Shown: positions 26,691 through 41,290, counted from the stretch's first letter. The stretch: 64,000 nt of DNA from Eledone cirrhosa (GCA_964016885.1 OZ024743.1:198710001-198774000); one strand, 5' to 3'. Program-made: numbers and translations. Notes: a model not told the origin generated them from the letters alone.

Positions 26691-26837
26691 ACATATTAAA
26701 CTTATGCCAAAATCTCTTTTTTGGGTGGGATATAAGTACGTCAGACCAACTAAAATATGAATTTTACTAACTTATTTCAATCTGTAGGATTTGTGATATC
26801 CCCACAAATTGACATTTTGGCATAAGTTTAATATGTT
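26691..26837. mobile_element. MITE-like element with 23-bp perfect terminal inverted repeat
   Basis: acatattaaacttatgccaaaat ... attttggcataagtttaatatgt, plus inner gtgggatat/atatccccac. Confidence 0.65.
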
Positions 26838-26997
26838 GAATTACGATTTTGAGTTTGATAATTTATCTATATATTTTATACATTCTTTGAGATTTCTAAG
26901 TATTAGAGACAAATAACTTTTTAATTGATATATATATATATATATCTTGCAAGCAAGAAAAAGCGCACGTAAAATGATGATGATGATGATGATGATG

Positions 26998-27029
<32 letters not shown>

Positions 27030-28756
27030 GAAAAGAGTCAGGACCCCGACGGCTGAGCTCCGACCGTTTCGACAGCTAGATCCGGACCTGTGTGTAGGGA
27101 GTGTGAGAAAGACAGTAATATAGACAGACATACAGACATATTTTGTTTAATCGGGGATGGGATAAATGGTGGCCATACAACTCTACGGACACAGTCATTG
27201 GTGAAACTGAAAAGAAGATGATATCCTCAATCCGGAGAGTTGGACTAAAGTGGGCTTAAAAATATAGATGGATGCTAAACATGGTGAGAAATTACAAATA
27301 CCACCAAATGACAGAAAAACTTAAGCAAATACCACTCTAAACATTCTGTCAATCTACTGCTATAAATGGGAACTTCATTCTAAATATATTCAGAGATATT
27401 TAGTAATTTCTTTCTTTCTTCTTTTTTTTTTACATTTGGTCACTTGATATGCTATATTATCTATAACGAAATGTAAATAGGGAAGGGGTAAGGAAGGGCA
27501 GATCTGGCTGTATGGGAAAGTAGGAGAAAGGACTATAAAAGCCATAAACGAGAGAAAAGGGCGGGGAAATATTGCAACGTATTTAAGGGAGGCTCCGACT
27601 CCCCTTGTGGAGTACGACTGATTGACACCCTTTGCTGACAACTGACGCTGCACACCAAGTCCGAACACAGAGAGATTGTAGTTGTTACATAAACAGAACG
27701 CTAATGCAAACATCATCCATAGACTTGTATCGGTTTATTAGATATTTTCAGCATAGTATTGTCTAACTAAGCCTGCACGTCAGTTGACAGGTCTTAGCAT
27801 AGACAAACACAAGAAACAAAATATTTTTGACCAGTATAATGTTCTTAACTATATATGTCTGATGCACTAAGAGATATATCTATACCAGGCTGACGATGTC
27901 TAATATACTGAAACATGTTCATTGATGTTGCTTGCCATATAGCATTAATAACAGATGTTTTAATTTCACAGCGTTATTAAATATATGTTTGTTGAAAACG
28001 TTGATATCCTTAACACACGCTGTATTGTCCATTATATCTGTGGTTGTTTATATTATGCTTTTTTCTTCTTTTTTTTCATGTTGATATTATCAACAAAATA
28101 TTCCCTGCAATCCAAGAGGCTAGCTTTGTCACACTGCATGTCACGCTAAATCTCCCTGAGAAATCCGTTTATGGCACGTTTGTCAGTGGGATGCTCAGCC
28201 ACATACACGGTAACTTCAGCAATAGGCATGATCTATTGATAGAATAACAGGAAACTTCGTCGTCGAATCAGATCAATTCCATTCCATCTATCAACTTAAC
28301 TTTACACAGCAAACTTGGCATTAGAAGTCTAACCCATTAGGTAGATATATATTAGCAAAGGTTTGGTAGAAAGATTTTTTTATATAATGTATAACGTCGA
28401 AGTTCACCAGGTCAGAAATTCACCTGCCTACACAAAATATATTGTGTTAATATATTTATTGTATATGTATTTTCCTTCTTTTTTCTTTTCTTCGAATCCG
28501 AACAATAAGCTTAATAAACACGCAAGGTGTACTAAAATAGAATACACCATTTTACACTATCATTCTCTTTCCATCCTTCTCTGTCTATATATGCATATAC
28601 TTATACATACATACATGCATACATACATACATACATATATACATACATACATACATACATACAATCATACATACATACATACATACATACATACATACAT
28701 ACATACATACATACATACATACATACATACATACATACATACATACATACACACAC

Positions 28757-28808
<52 letters not shown>

Positions 28809-28937
28809 GTAATCTGAGTTTTTCGAATATTAATAATAACATTCGATTCGTTTGCAATCATGCAAACAACCCTCAATTGTATAGCCATGTCAGTAGAATG
28901 AACCCTTCATTCTGGCTCTTGTGTTGGTATGCGAACA

Positions 28938-28987
28938 GAACTGCAGACACTAATGTTTCTGTGTATCACCCTTCATCAGTACAGCTC
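28938..28987 (-). ncRNA. Type I hammerhead ribozyme (near intact)
   Basis: Minus strand: gagctgta-CTGATGA-agggtgatacaca-GAAA-cattagtg-TC-tgcagttc. 8-bp stem I with GU pairs, near-palindromic stem III, weak stem II. Confidence 0.7.
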
Positions 28988-29255
28988 ACTGTTCACCTGC
29001 CATATATATATAGGCGAAACTCCAGAGTGACAAGACCCATTGCTAAGCCAGAAATGAATATTTAAACTCTACATCTGTATTGAGTACTTTTTACTTTTTC
29101 TCCAATATATATATATAGTCAGACTTCCTATGCTTAGGTTGCTTGATTGTGAGTATATATGTAGGGAAAGATGCTTGTGAAGTGCTCTTTAGAGTACTTT
29201 ACTGGGATCTAGCATTTTTGTGATTTTGTATAAGGCACACTCTATATCACTCTTT

Positions 29256-29312
<57 letters not shown>

Positions 29313-29372
29313 TAGAAAGTGAGGTTTTTTTTACAAAATGAAAAATAACCGAGGTGTCCTACACGAGTGAAA

Positions 29373-29579
29373 GTATAAAGAAAAAGAGATGAAATCGAAA
29401 ATGCAACTGGAGTCTTATTTAAAAAAAAATATATATATTTATTTGGTTCCTTTACCGGTTTCGCAGTTCTTCTGCTTTTCAAAAGGTGAGTTGAGATGGA
29501 GGGTCTGTGGTTTTTCTCACATCTCACAGATGTGAGAAAAAATAAGACTCCAGTTGCATTTTCGATTTCATCTCTTTTT

Positions 29580-29586
<7 letters not shown>
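29373..29586 (-). mobile_element. Inverted-end insert with degenerate hammerhead (29449-29486)
   Basis: 29373-29420 is the reverse complement of ~29539-29586. Inner hairpin ttttctcacatct-cac-agatgtgagaaaa. Minus strand: cctt-TTGAAAA-gcag aagaa ctgc-GAAA-ccgg-TA-aagg. Confidence 0.72.
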
Positions 29587-29654
<68 letters not shown>

Positions 29655-32377
29655 TAACATATTTAATAAACTTGCAATCATTCTTCCATTTTCTCTCTCA
29701 ACTTTATCATTATTCCAATTCGAAGATCTTTTCAGTTATCGTGTTCTCTTTACTATCGTATACAACATCTGATACAACATTTTCCCCCCAAAGGTCCTTC
29801 CGATTCAGTGTTTAGGGCCTACGTTGAGGCATGCCACATTTCATGTGAGACCCGAAAGAAAACCCTTGTGTTGCTCTATGTTAGTTTGGAATGCCTACAG
29901 CAACAAATCGATAACTTACTTTCTCTCAAGCTTATTCACTTAGCTACTAATATGGCCATAACAACAACTGTAAGGTGATTGTTTGAAAGCACAGCGCATC
30001 TTCTTCGTTACGTAATGATTTGTTTACTTAGTTTGTCTCTTTTACTTTCTATCTGAACAATGGAGTATAATAGCTTATAGCCAATGGAATGGGTGATGTT
30101 AACAAAAACTTCAAGTGAATGTGCCAGAGGTGGTTGTTTAACACTATGGGACATTCTCACAGACCACAGTACTGTGCATTACAATGCAAATATATCAGAT
30201 GACACACTTGATATAATCTAGCATTATTGAATCACAATTGTTCCTCTAAAGATGACACTTAACTGACACTCGTACACATTCATATAGCAAACAACTGGTA
30301 CCCTTCTTTGCCTGAAGATAAAGACGTGTTCACATATATACAAAAGATAATTCCGGTTATTTCAAACTTACGAAACTCCAAGAAAGAAACGTATACATGA
30401 CATCAAAACTTTTGTAAATTGCCTGAAAATCTATTTCTATAGATTTGCCTTTATTGTTCTGAGAACTGTGTATATTGTACATTCAGAAATTTCACCAATT
30501 TCACTAATATATTGAGTCATTACAATAAACCAGCATACGAAACATTAAGAAACTAATGTTCCACAACAGATCAGAAACTGCCGAAAATACCAATTGTTAT
30601 GACGTCATTATAAAAATGTGGAAAATACAATAAGCATGGTTCTTTATCTCCGGTTTATTTCTCATGACTAATTCCTATAGTAATTACAAAGACTGCGACT
30701 AATTTTTTCACTTGGGGGATTATTTCCCAAGACTCAGTAATTATTGCATAATTTTATAAGACTATATTTCTTTTGTTGTAGAAATTTGCATGAAAAATTC
30801 ATCGGTCGTGTCCACAATGGAATGTCACTGGAGTATTTAAATTTGACTCGGAAGGAAATAATCTTAGGCCATAAAAACTACTTATTGTATCCTTTGGGGA
30901 ATTTATTTTTTAAATACTTTTATTTTTGCTTTGTCAAAGAAAATGAAGGAAAGTGAAAAAGAAGAAATTAGTAATTCAATTATTTATATTTTTCTTTTTT
31001 TTTTTTGTATCTTTGTTAGTGTGAATTGTTGAAGTAAAGCACGGTAAAACAAAATCAAAATTCTTGAAAGATTTCTGAACTTAAACCAGCAGCAAACATT
31101 CTCCTGGGAGTCGGAATATTTGCTTTGTAAAGTTATATGAAAAAAAAAAAAAAATCAGTAAATAAATAAATAAGCGAATAAATAAATTATAATTTGGAGC
31201 ATAAATTCCATATCATTTAATATTAAAACTAAAAGATTTATTAAAGAAAAAATATATTGTTCATCTTTAATGAAATCTCACACAGTTTTCCAATAAAAGA
31301 GTGTGATATTTATATCTTTTAAAATAAGAGATCATATGTTCTTGGAAAATATATTAACCACAATGTTTCGTTATAAATTTGTAACAGTATATGGAGAATA
31401 AAAGAACAAGGAAATGTGATATTCTTTACTACTGGGAATTTCATATCACTCTCTTTTCTTTCAAATATTAGAATATACATCTTTTGCTTTCGATATATTG
31501 TACCTATGTTGTTGTAAACAGCTCTATGGAATAGAGATAAATGAATTACTGAAACCCGAAAGCTTTCTGGTAATGTAATTTTCCTTTATTTCTTTTTTAA
31601 GTAGTAGCTCCGTTATTATTTTTAGAGAAGCAAAATTCTAGTGTGAAGTAAATAATCATTTATACTTCAGGCACAAGGCCAGGAATTCTGCAAAGGCAAT
31701 AGTCAATTAAATAGACCTCAATATTTAACTGGTACATTATTTATCGACTTCACAAGAATAAAAAGAAAAATTGAACTTGGCGAGATTTGAATTTAGGATA
31801 TGAAGAACATTACCAAATATTGCTATGTATTTGTCCGACGCTCTAAAGACTTTGTTAATCTATCGGTCATAAAGATTTCTAAGTCAATCATTTGGTCGGA
31901 GTTGTCTTACGTACATGCTGAAATAATTAGAAAAATAATGATTTTTTTTTTTACATTGGCAGAATGCCTCCTATTGACATTGGTTTCAAAAGTTGGATTA
32001 TATTTTATGGACCCCGCTTGAATATTGAACATTGTAGGAGTTGATCTCTAAGCGAAAGAAACTGAATTATCTATCACAATACATTTTGCACGAAGTTATA
32101 ACATTTTTGCTACTTTATCGCACAATAATATTGAAATTGTGGTGAGATTTGAACTCTGGATGTAAACAGACTAAACTAGATATCACAATACAATTTGCGC
32201 GACTCTGTAACGATATTTTTTCTAATTCGTTGCTCAATAATATGAAGATCTTGCTGGGTTTGAACACAGAATATCAAGGTATTTTCTCCAGCACACTAAC
32301 ATTTTTGCAAATGTCCTAACCAGGAAAATAGAAATATTTTGAACGGGAACAATGTCTTCTGTTTTTGTTGTTGTTGT

Positions 32378-32543
32378 TCGGACGCCATGCTTTGCAGCAA
32401 AAAGTTACGGCCCTTTATGGTCTGAGTTCAAATCCCGCCGAGGTTAACTTTGCCTTTCATCCTTACGAGGTCGACAAAATAAAGTACCAGTAATACACTG
32501 GGATAATTGCTGGCCTTGTGCCAAAAGTAGAACAATTATTATT
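32378..32543 (+). mobile_element. 5'-truncated SINE (Deu/Nin-like family)
   Basis: Consensus match. A degenerate minus-strand copy lies at ~31665-31860. Confidence 0.85.
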
Positions 32544-33915
32544 CATGAGATAAGTGTATAGTCAACTGAATCAAGCCTAAAACTTATTCTATCTAAACAC
32601 CTGGTATTTATGTTTTATCAGTCCCAAGTCAAAGTCAATGGCGACTATGGCGGTATTTGAACCCGAAATGTTAAGAGGAAAGAGAAAAGAAAATGTTTGA
32701 ATCTCTGTGGTTAATCATATTGTGCCTATGCACAACCCTCATTAGATTAATACATATTATCATTCAATGAAGCCTAATACTAATTACACCTCAAACAATG
32801 AGGTCCACAATCGATACTCTATTGTAGTAGTAATAGTAGAAGGTAAAATAAATTAAAGGTCAGGCAAAGAAATGTTAAACGATATTAAATTGTTTGAGTT
32901 CGGGAGTGAGGATAAGTAGAGGAAAACTACACGGTCTGAGGTACTCACAATACCTAGTTAACCAAACGAGTAGCAGTGATGTGTGACGAGCGAATCTCTC
33001 AAAACGCTCTGTTCTTTCTACTCTTACTTCACCTCCTTCTGAAAGAAAGAATGAATATGAATTTAATTATGAAAACCTATTGTTGCAATGTCAGTGTATA
33101 ATGTTTAGCCTGTGGGGTTTCTAATATACGCTATTCTGACACTACAGTGACACGATATTGTCATTATAACAATATCCACGCGGGATGGCTTTATTTTTAA
33201 CTAAACATCTTTTGGCATAAACAATTTTTCTTGCTGTCGGCACAAGTCCAAGTGGTTAGTGTTTGGGACTAATGATCACAATGTCGTGAGTTCGATTCCT
33301 GGACCTGGTTGTGTGTTGTGATCGTTAGCAAAACACTTGATGTTACGTTGCTCCAGTTTACTCAGTTAAAAATGAAAATCTTCAGTTGCTAGGGGTCATA
33401 CCCTGTTATGGCCTGGCATCCTGTTATGGGGGAGTGGGGGAGTGTTGTACTCTCAGTAGTTTAACTTAAAGGAAACCGGGATATGTACCGGCCCAATGAG
33501 CCTCCGGGTTTGAGACAGACCTAAGATTCTTAGACATTTTTTCTTAAAACGCTTTAATATATATGTAAATATTCACTTCGTTTGGAAACATGTTTCGAAA
33601 CAATCGAATTTAGCTTTACATTTTTCATCTATAAACTTTACTTGAATTCTACAAATTCCACTTGATGTATAACGCAGATATACAGTAAGAAGCTTACTAT
33701 TGGTATTCTTCGCAAGTTAGTGTTTTAGAGATAGGTACAATATACCATCAGATGGCTAAAAGAAATAAAAGGTTTAATTAAATTATGTAATGTTTATGGT
33801 ATGATAAAGAAATCTGCAAGTCCGCATATGTTCGCTTATAGCAATCAACTATCTCTTACTCTCTGTTTTGTTCCCGTTCCATTTTTCACTATATATATAT
33901 ATATATGTATATATG

Positions 33916-34105
33916 TATTTAATATACAAATGGCTTCTACAGGACTAGAACTGTTTCATTCGGGAGAAATCATCAGGGGGCTTCTTGATGATTTCTCCAG
34001 AATAAAACAGTTCTAGTCCTGTAGAAGCCATTTGTATATTAAATATTTATACTCTGCTATGTATTGAATACCTTACTTACTGTGGTTACCCCCGATTGAA
34101 CCCGG
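33916..34105. mobile_element. Fold-back insert (~60-bp arms) with hammerhead core on both arms
   Basis: 33916-33976 pairs with 33985-34045. Minus arm reads CTGATGA-tttctcccgaat-GAAA-cagttctag-TC. The insert is bounded by (TA)n. Confidence 0.72.
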
Positions 34106-34131
34106 TATATATATATATATATATATATATT

Positions 34132-34575
34132 AGATAGTGAAAATAATGCCACCGTTGTATTTTTGACTAAATAAATTAGCCTAATCATTTGGAGTTATAA
34201 AAACTCACAGAAATGACAAAAATGAGCATTAAGATACACAGGACACGATCCCACATTGCGAATGTGTTACCAGTGCACCAATACGTCACTCACACAAATT
34301 TCCCATAAATTTGAAGCTATATAATCATATGAATAATATATATAAATGTTTCTACTTTTAGCACAAGGCCAGCAATTACTCAGTACATTACTGGTACTTT
34401 ATTTTATCGACCCCGTAAGGATGAAAGGCAAAGTTAACCTCGGTGGGATTAATATATATAATGGGAATAATATATATAATGCTCATTCATTTTTCCATTT
34501 CTGTGGGTATTTATAACTCCAAATTATTAGGCTAATTAGTAAAAAATACAACGGTGGTAATATTTTCACTATCTC
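34132..34575. mobile_element. ~100-bp inverted-repeat element containing a SINE fragment (34345-34450, minus)
   Basis: agatagtgaaaata...aatgagcatta (34132-34231) is the imperfect reverse complement of 34477-34575. Confidence 0.65.
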
Positions 34576-34637
34576 TCCTCTGTTTCAAACTCTCCTCTGT
34601 TTGTAAACAAAAGCTGAAAAAGCTTTGAAAAAAAAAA

Positions 34638-34676
<39 letters not shown>

Positions 34677-34681
<5 letters not shown>

Positions 34682-35203
34682 ATACTTGGGGAGGGTCATA
34701 TTTGTGTAATAATATTGCCAGAATTAATAACAGAACACTGTTTGGTTGGTTTTCGCTTCTGTGTCTTTTATATCGGTTATTTTAATTTATTCGGTCCTCA
34801 ATGTTACCATTGACTGACCAACGGTCACAAATAGAGATACAATATAGACACAAACACATATATATAGTCTAACAAAGTTCTTATGTTTCCTCCCGTTGTA
34901 TTGTATGCCTACGCCATCAGATAAAGATGGCGTAGGCATACAATACAACGGGAGGAAACATAATAGCACTACTGACGATGTTGCAGATGTGCAACGAAAG
35001 AACTTTTTTAGACTATATATATATGTTTGTGTCTATATTGTATCTGTATTTTTGACCGTTGTTCAGTCAATGGTAACATTGAGGACCGAATAAATTAAAT
35101 TAACCGATATAAAAGACACAGAAGCGAAAACCAACCAAACAGTATGTTCTGTTATTAATTCTGGGTATATTATTACACAAATATGCCCCTCCCAAAGTAT
35201 AAC
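34677..35203 (+). mobile_element. Large fold-back insert: ~200-bp outer arms, 38-bp-arm inner hairpin, hammerhead in the asymmetric bulge
   Basis: 34677-34881 is the reverse complement of ~34998-35203. Inner hairpin spans 34880-34963. Related ends at 51956-52045 and 55955-56230. Confidence 0.82.
34963..35016 (+). ncRNA. Hammerhead motif (core and stem II intact, stems I/III imperfect)
   Basis: atagcacta-CTGACGA-t-gttgca gatg tgcaac-GAAA-gaacttttt-TA-gactat. Confidence 0.62.
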
Positions 35204-35255
35204 CATATTTGTTTCGACACACGATTTCATATAAAAAACCTCGCAATCGCAAAAC

Positions 35256-35380
<125 letters not shown>

Positions 35381-36382
35381 ATATGGTATTCCTCTTTTAG
35401 ACTATAGATTGTGATTTGAAGGAGATTATACTGCTATTTGTAGACGATCATGAGATCTCATAGACATTTCTTCGTATTTTTGTGGTGGTGATGACTTTTG
35501 GTATTGCTGCTATTATTCTACTGGTATAAGTAAATTAATATCAGCTGGTGATGTAAAGTCTTGCGATCTACTTAAAGCATGAAGGCCCTCCTTCAACTAT
35601 AGGCTGCAACCCGATTTACATGTATAAACACATAACTACTGATGGAGTCTTTGGGCAGCCGTCGTAACTTATGGTGTGCCTTGGATGTTTTAAACTGGAA
35701 GGAGCGCCATATTCGTGAAGCTTGAACACAGGCGATTTCTTCCACAGAACCAGAGAACCACAGAGAGAGGGAGAGGGAGGGAGAAGGAGATAGAGAGGGA
35801 GGGAGAAGGAGAGAGAGAGAGCGATAGGGAAAGATAGAGGGAGAGAAAGATGGGGTGATAAAGCGCTATAGGGGGAGAATTGACGTCAATACTGGAATGG
35901 TACTCTTTTTATCGACCTCGAAATGGTGGGTTTTGAACTCCTTCTAGCGCAGAGCGCTAGAAGGAATACAACGAAGTATTCTATCGAACGTTCTAACTAT
36001 TCAATTTACATCTACTTATTATAATTATTTTGTATTGCAAGTATTTGATCACCCGCAGACTACGTTAGAAAACATTTGTTCAAGGTACCACATAGCAGGA
36101 TCGAACCTGAAGCCGCAGCAGTTTTCTAGACACACATCAAGCTTGCGTCATTCTCTGGTGTGCCTTCGTTGCTACATTTAAACTATGTTAATGTTGTCGC
36201 CATTGTTACTAGGCATTGCCAGTCTGTTTACTTTTATTGTTGCCTTTCTATATCGTAATCTAGTTAGATATATATGTGATTTGAAAACTTGTTCTTGCTA
36301 AAAACGCATTTCTTTTCTTGAAATTGTTTAAAAGCAGAAAGTTTGCTTTATCGTAATTTTCGCCCACCCCTTACCAATATTA

Positions 36383-36429
<47 letters not shown>

Positions 36430-36551
36430 TGTAGCTTACTTTCCATTGTATGATAAAGCTTGCAAACATTCCTTATTCTTTGCCTCCACCCAATTCTGAT
36501 CATAAGTAGAACCATTGTCACCTCATTTAGCACATTATATATAGATGTATA

Positions 36552-36584
<33 letters not shown>

Positions 36585-36635
36585 GTATATGTATGTATAT
36601 ATATATATATATATGTATTGTATATATATATATAG

Positions 36636-36667
<32 letters not shown>

Positions 36668-36739
36668 CGGGTGTGGGGGTGTAAACGTCTATTGATACAC
36701 ATAAAAATATAAACACAGGTGAACACATATATACATAGT

Positions 36740-36787
<48 letters not shown>

Positions 36788-37177
36788 AAACACTCAGTCA
36801 GTCCAGACCTGTTGCTGTATACCACCACCCCTTCACAATACCCCTCCTTTCCTTCCTGTAACACCAACTAGTTTAAAGTGATGCATTTTGTACTAAAATA
36901 TCAGGTCATAATCTATAAATCACTGAGATAAAGATAGTCTTAACAACAGGTCTGGGGTACCAAGATGTATGGTGGAGGGGGATATGGTTTGGTGTGGAGT
37001 ACATAAAGGGGGACGGTTTAGAAAAGTAGTTTAACAAAGAATTCCCCCCACCCCCGTTCTGTATACACAATTGAGTGTGTTTGTGTGTTTGTATGTGAAT
37101 ATGATTGAAGCGGGCGGTGGAGCGGTTGTTTTGATAGACAGGTGTCTGTATAAGTATTCTTGTATGTATGTGTGTAT

Positions 37178-37253
37178 GCGTAAGCATGTAAGAGTCTGTC
37201 TGTATAGATGTGTGTGTGTGTGTGTGTAAGCATGTAAGAGTATGTCTGTATAG

Positions 37254-37323
<70 letters not shown>

Positions 37324-37399
37324 ATGTAAGCATGTAAGAGTCTGTCTGTATAGATATGTGTGTGTGTGTGTGTAAGCATGTAACAGTATGTCTGTATAG

Positions 37400-37430
<31 letters not shown>

Positions 37431-37490
37431 TGTAAGCATGTAAGAGTATGTCTGTATAGATATGTGTGTGATTGTGTGTGTGTGTGTGTG
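37178..37490. repeat. Compound minisatellite: ~30-bp taagcatgtaagagtatgtctgtatagata unit alternating with variable (TG)n
   Basis: Five copies visible. Confidence 0.88.
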
Positions 37491-37625
37491 TTTTGCAGAT
37501 ATTGGTATGCTTGCATGTGTATACCTGTATGTGTATCTTCGGGGCAGGCTTCACTATGTATGTGTGTTTGTGCATGTGTGCCAAGCAGAGGTGGTGTCTA
37601 TGCATGTAAGCGTTGGTGTTGAGTA

Positions 37626-37701
<76 letters not shown>

Positions 37702-38544
37702 CGTTATATATATATAATGGGTGGCGTGTGTGTGTGTATATATATATATATATGTGTGTGTCTGAGGTGTAAGTATATATATATATATGTGTGTGTGTAT
37801 GTGTGTGTGTATTTTTGTGTATGTATATATGTATAAATGCATGCGTATGCGTGTGCTCGTATACATATGTTATCTTATTTACATTGGTTAAAAGCTCTTC
37901 TGACAAAGAAAAAACGAAGTAAAGTATAAGAAAAAAAAATGAAGGAGAAAAACTAGGTGTTAAACAATAGTGTTGAAGTAACTAGAAGATTTATAATGTA
38001 CAGTAAAGTTTGGTAAATAGTTCAACACTGCCACTACCATTCACACAACACACTCACTCATACATACATACATACATACATACATACATACATACATGCA
38101 TACATACATACATACATACATACATACATACATACATACATACATTTATGCATACATGCATACATACATACATACATACAAACATACATACATACATACA
38201 TACATACATACATACATACATACATACATACATACATACATACATACATTTATGCATACATGCATACATACGTACATACATATATGCATACATTCATACA
38301 TATATACGTACGTAAGTACGTACATACATATGTGCATACATAAAATAATGCAAAACACAGGCAGACATATATGCAAACACATTAACTCATGTAGAGCAAC
38401 GACAACAACAACAACAGCACTACTACCGCCACCACGATCACCTCCACCACTATCAACACAACTACCATTACTACCACAGTCACCGTCGCTGCCACCAATG
38501 GTAACAATAGCTACACAACTATCACCTCCACGACAGTCACCAAC

Positions 38545-39335
38545 ACGACACCATCACCACCACGACATCATCACCACCACGACACCATCACCGCCACCAC
38601 GACATCATCACCACCAGGACACCATCACCACCACGACAACATCACCACCACGACACCATCACCGCCACCACGACACCATCACCACCAGGACACCATCACT
38701 GCCACCACGACCTCACCACCACCACGACACCATCACCACCACGACAACATCACCACCACGACACCATCACTACCAAGACATGACCACCACCACGACACCA
38801 TCACCACCACGACACCATCACCGCCACCACGATACCATCACTACCAGGACACCATCACCGCCACCACGACATCACCACCACCACGACACCATCACCACCA
38901 CGACACCATCACCGCCACCACGATACCATCACCACCAGGACACCATCACCGCCACCACGACATCACCACCACCACGACACCATCACCACCACGACACCAT
39001 CACCGCCACCACGACATCACCACCACCACGACACCATCACCACCACGACATCATCACCGCCACCCCGACACCACCACCACAACGCCACCACCACCACAAC
39101 ACCACCACCACGACACCATCACCACCACGACACCATCACCACCTCAACGATACCACCACCACCACCACGACACAACCACCACCACCATCACCACCAGGAC
39201 ACCACCACCACCACGACACCACCACCACGACACCATCACCACGACACCACCACCACCATGACACCACCACCACGACACCATCACCACCACGACACCACCA
39301 ACAACCACCACCACGACACCATCCTCACCACTACC
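38545..39335. repeat. Degenerate (CACCACGACACCAT)-type tandem repeat
   Basis: Seen directly; it generates the 420-aa T/P/H/R ORF. Confidence 0.9.
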
Positions 39336-39670
39336 ACAAATACTACAACCATTACTAAACTACTAACACCATCACTAAAAGTTATCATTGGCACCACGAG
39401 CCAAAGATGGAGCTTCTACATGGTGAATTGACCTGCTAAAAATAGCAACAATACTCTGTCAAATCACACTCGTCCTATTCGGAAATAAGGTAAACCTTTA
39501 TTGCCCCTTCACGTTGAGAAACAAATGGGATGTCCACGTCTGGAATGACTTAAGTCATGAATTGCTTCTATCACTACAGACCTGGGTCTAAAACCCCACA
39601 GAAACCTCACAACTACAAATATGACTACAACTATCACCGCTACTACAAAAAGCAGGTCTCAACTACCATA

Positions 39671-41290
39671 CTTTAATCTTCAACATCACACCCCAAACCA
39701 TGACATCATCTCTACTACTATCACCAAGACTACCACTACCCCTACTACTACGACGTTCACCACAATTACCACAGTAAAACCACCGCACTTCGATCTCCAA
39801 TATCACACCCCAAACCCATAACATCATCTCTACTACTATCACCAATACTACCACTACCCCTACTACTACGACGTTCACCACAATTACCACAGTAAAACCA
39901 CCGCACTTTAGTCTTCAACATCACACCCCAAACCCATAACACCATCTCTACTACTATCACCAATACTACCACTACCTCTACTACTACGACGTTCACCACA
40001 ATTACCACAGTAAAACCACCGCACTTTAGTCTCCAACATCACACCCCAAACCCATAACATCATCTCTACTACTATCACCAAGACTACCACTACCCCTACT
40101 ACTACGACGTTCACCTCAATTACCACAGTAAAACCACCGTACTTTAGTCTTCAACATCACACCCCAAACCCATAACATCATCTCTACTACTATCACCAAT
40201 ACTACCACTACCCCTACTACTACGACGTTCACCACAATTACCACAGTAAAACCACCGCACTTTAGTCTTCAACATCACACCCCAAACCCATAACATCATC
40301 TCTACTACTATCACCAATACTACCACTACCCCTACTACTACGACGTTCACCACAATTACCACAGTAAAACCACCGCACTTTAATCTTCAACATCACACCC
40401 CAAACCATAACATCATCTCTACTACTATCACCAAGACTACCACTACCTCTACTACTACGACGTTCACCACAATTACCACAGTAAAACCACCGCACTTTAG
40501 TCTTCAACATCACACCCCAAACCATAACACCATCTCTACTACTATCACCAATACTACCACTACCTCTACTACTACGACGTTCACCTCAATTACCACAGTA
40601 AAACCACCGCACTTTAGTCTTCAACATCACACCCCAAACCATAACACCATCTCTACTACTATCACCAATACTACCACTACCCCTACTACTACGACGTTCA
40701 CCTCAATTACCACAGTAAAACCACCGCACTTTAGTCTTCAACATCACACCCCAAACCATAACACCATCTCTACTACTATCACCAATACTACCACTACCCC
40801 TACTACTACGACGTTCACCACAATTACCACAGTAAAACCACCGCACTTCGATCTCCAACATCACACCCCAAACCCATAACACCATCTCTACTACTATCAC
40901 CAATACTACCACTACCTCTACTACTACGACGTTCACCACAATTACCACAGTAAAACCACCGCACTTCGATCTCCAACATCACACCCCAAACCCATAACAT
41001 CATCTCTACTACTATCACCAATACTGCCACTACCCCTACTACTACGACGTTCACCACAATTACCACAGTAAAACCACCGCACTTCGATCTCCAACATCAC
41101 ACCCCAAACCCATAACACCATCTCTACTACTATCACCAATACTACCACTACCCCTACTACTACGACGTTCACCACAATTACCACAGTAAAACCACCGCAC
41201 TTTAGTCTTCAACATCACTTCCCAAACCCATAACACCATCTCTACTACTATCACCAATACTACCACTACTATGTTCACCACAATTACCAA
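39671..41290. repeat. 117-118-bp minisatellite, ~14 copies
   Basis: cgacgttcac recurs at about 39751, 39869, 39987, 40105, 40223, 40341 ... 41163. Confidence 0.95.

Noticed and set aside
27480-27720. Promoter-like TATAAAA and GGGCGGGG
   Set aside because: The motif order is atypical and there is no supportable downstream gene.
30000-30325. Possible minus-strand terminal exon after tttatcttcag
   Set aside because: It gives only 10-21 codons with no recognisable homology and no partner exons.
37178-37490. Repeat-spacer pattern resembling CRISPR
   Set aside because: The spacers are only (TG)n of variable length.
38096-39358. 420-aa His/Thr/Pro-rich ORF
   Set aside because: It consists entirely of (TACA)n and CAC-type tandem repeats; there is no domain or splice evidence.
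39671-41290. CRISPR-like array or repeated CxxC-containing ORFs
   Set aside because: The units are contiguous with no unique spacers, there are no cas genes, and the frame is broken in each unit.
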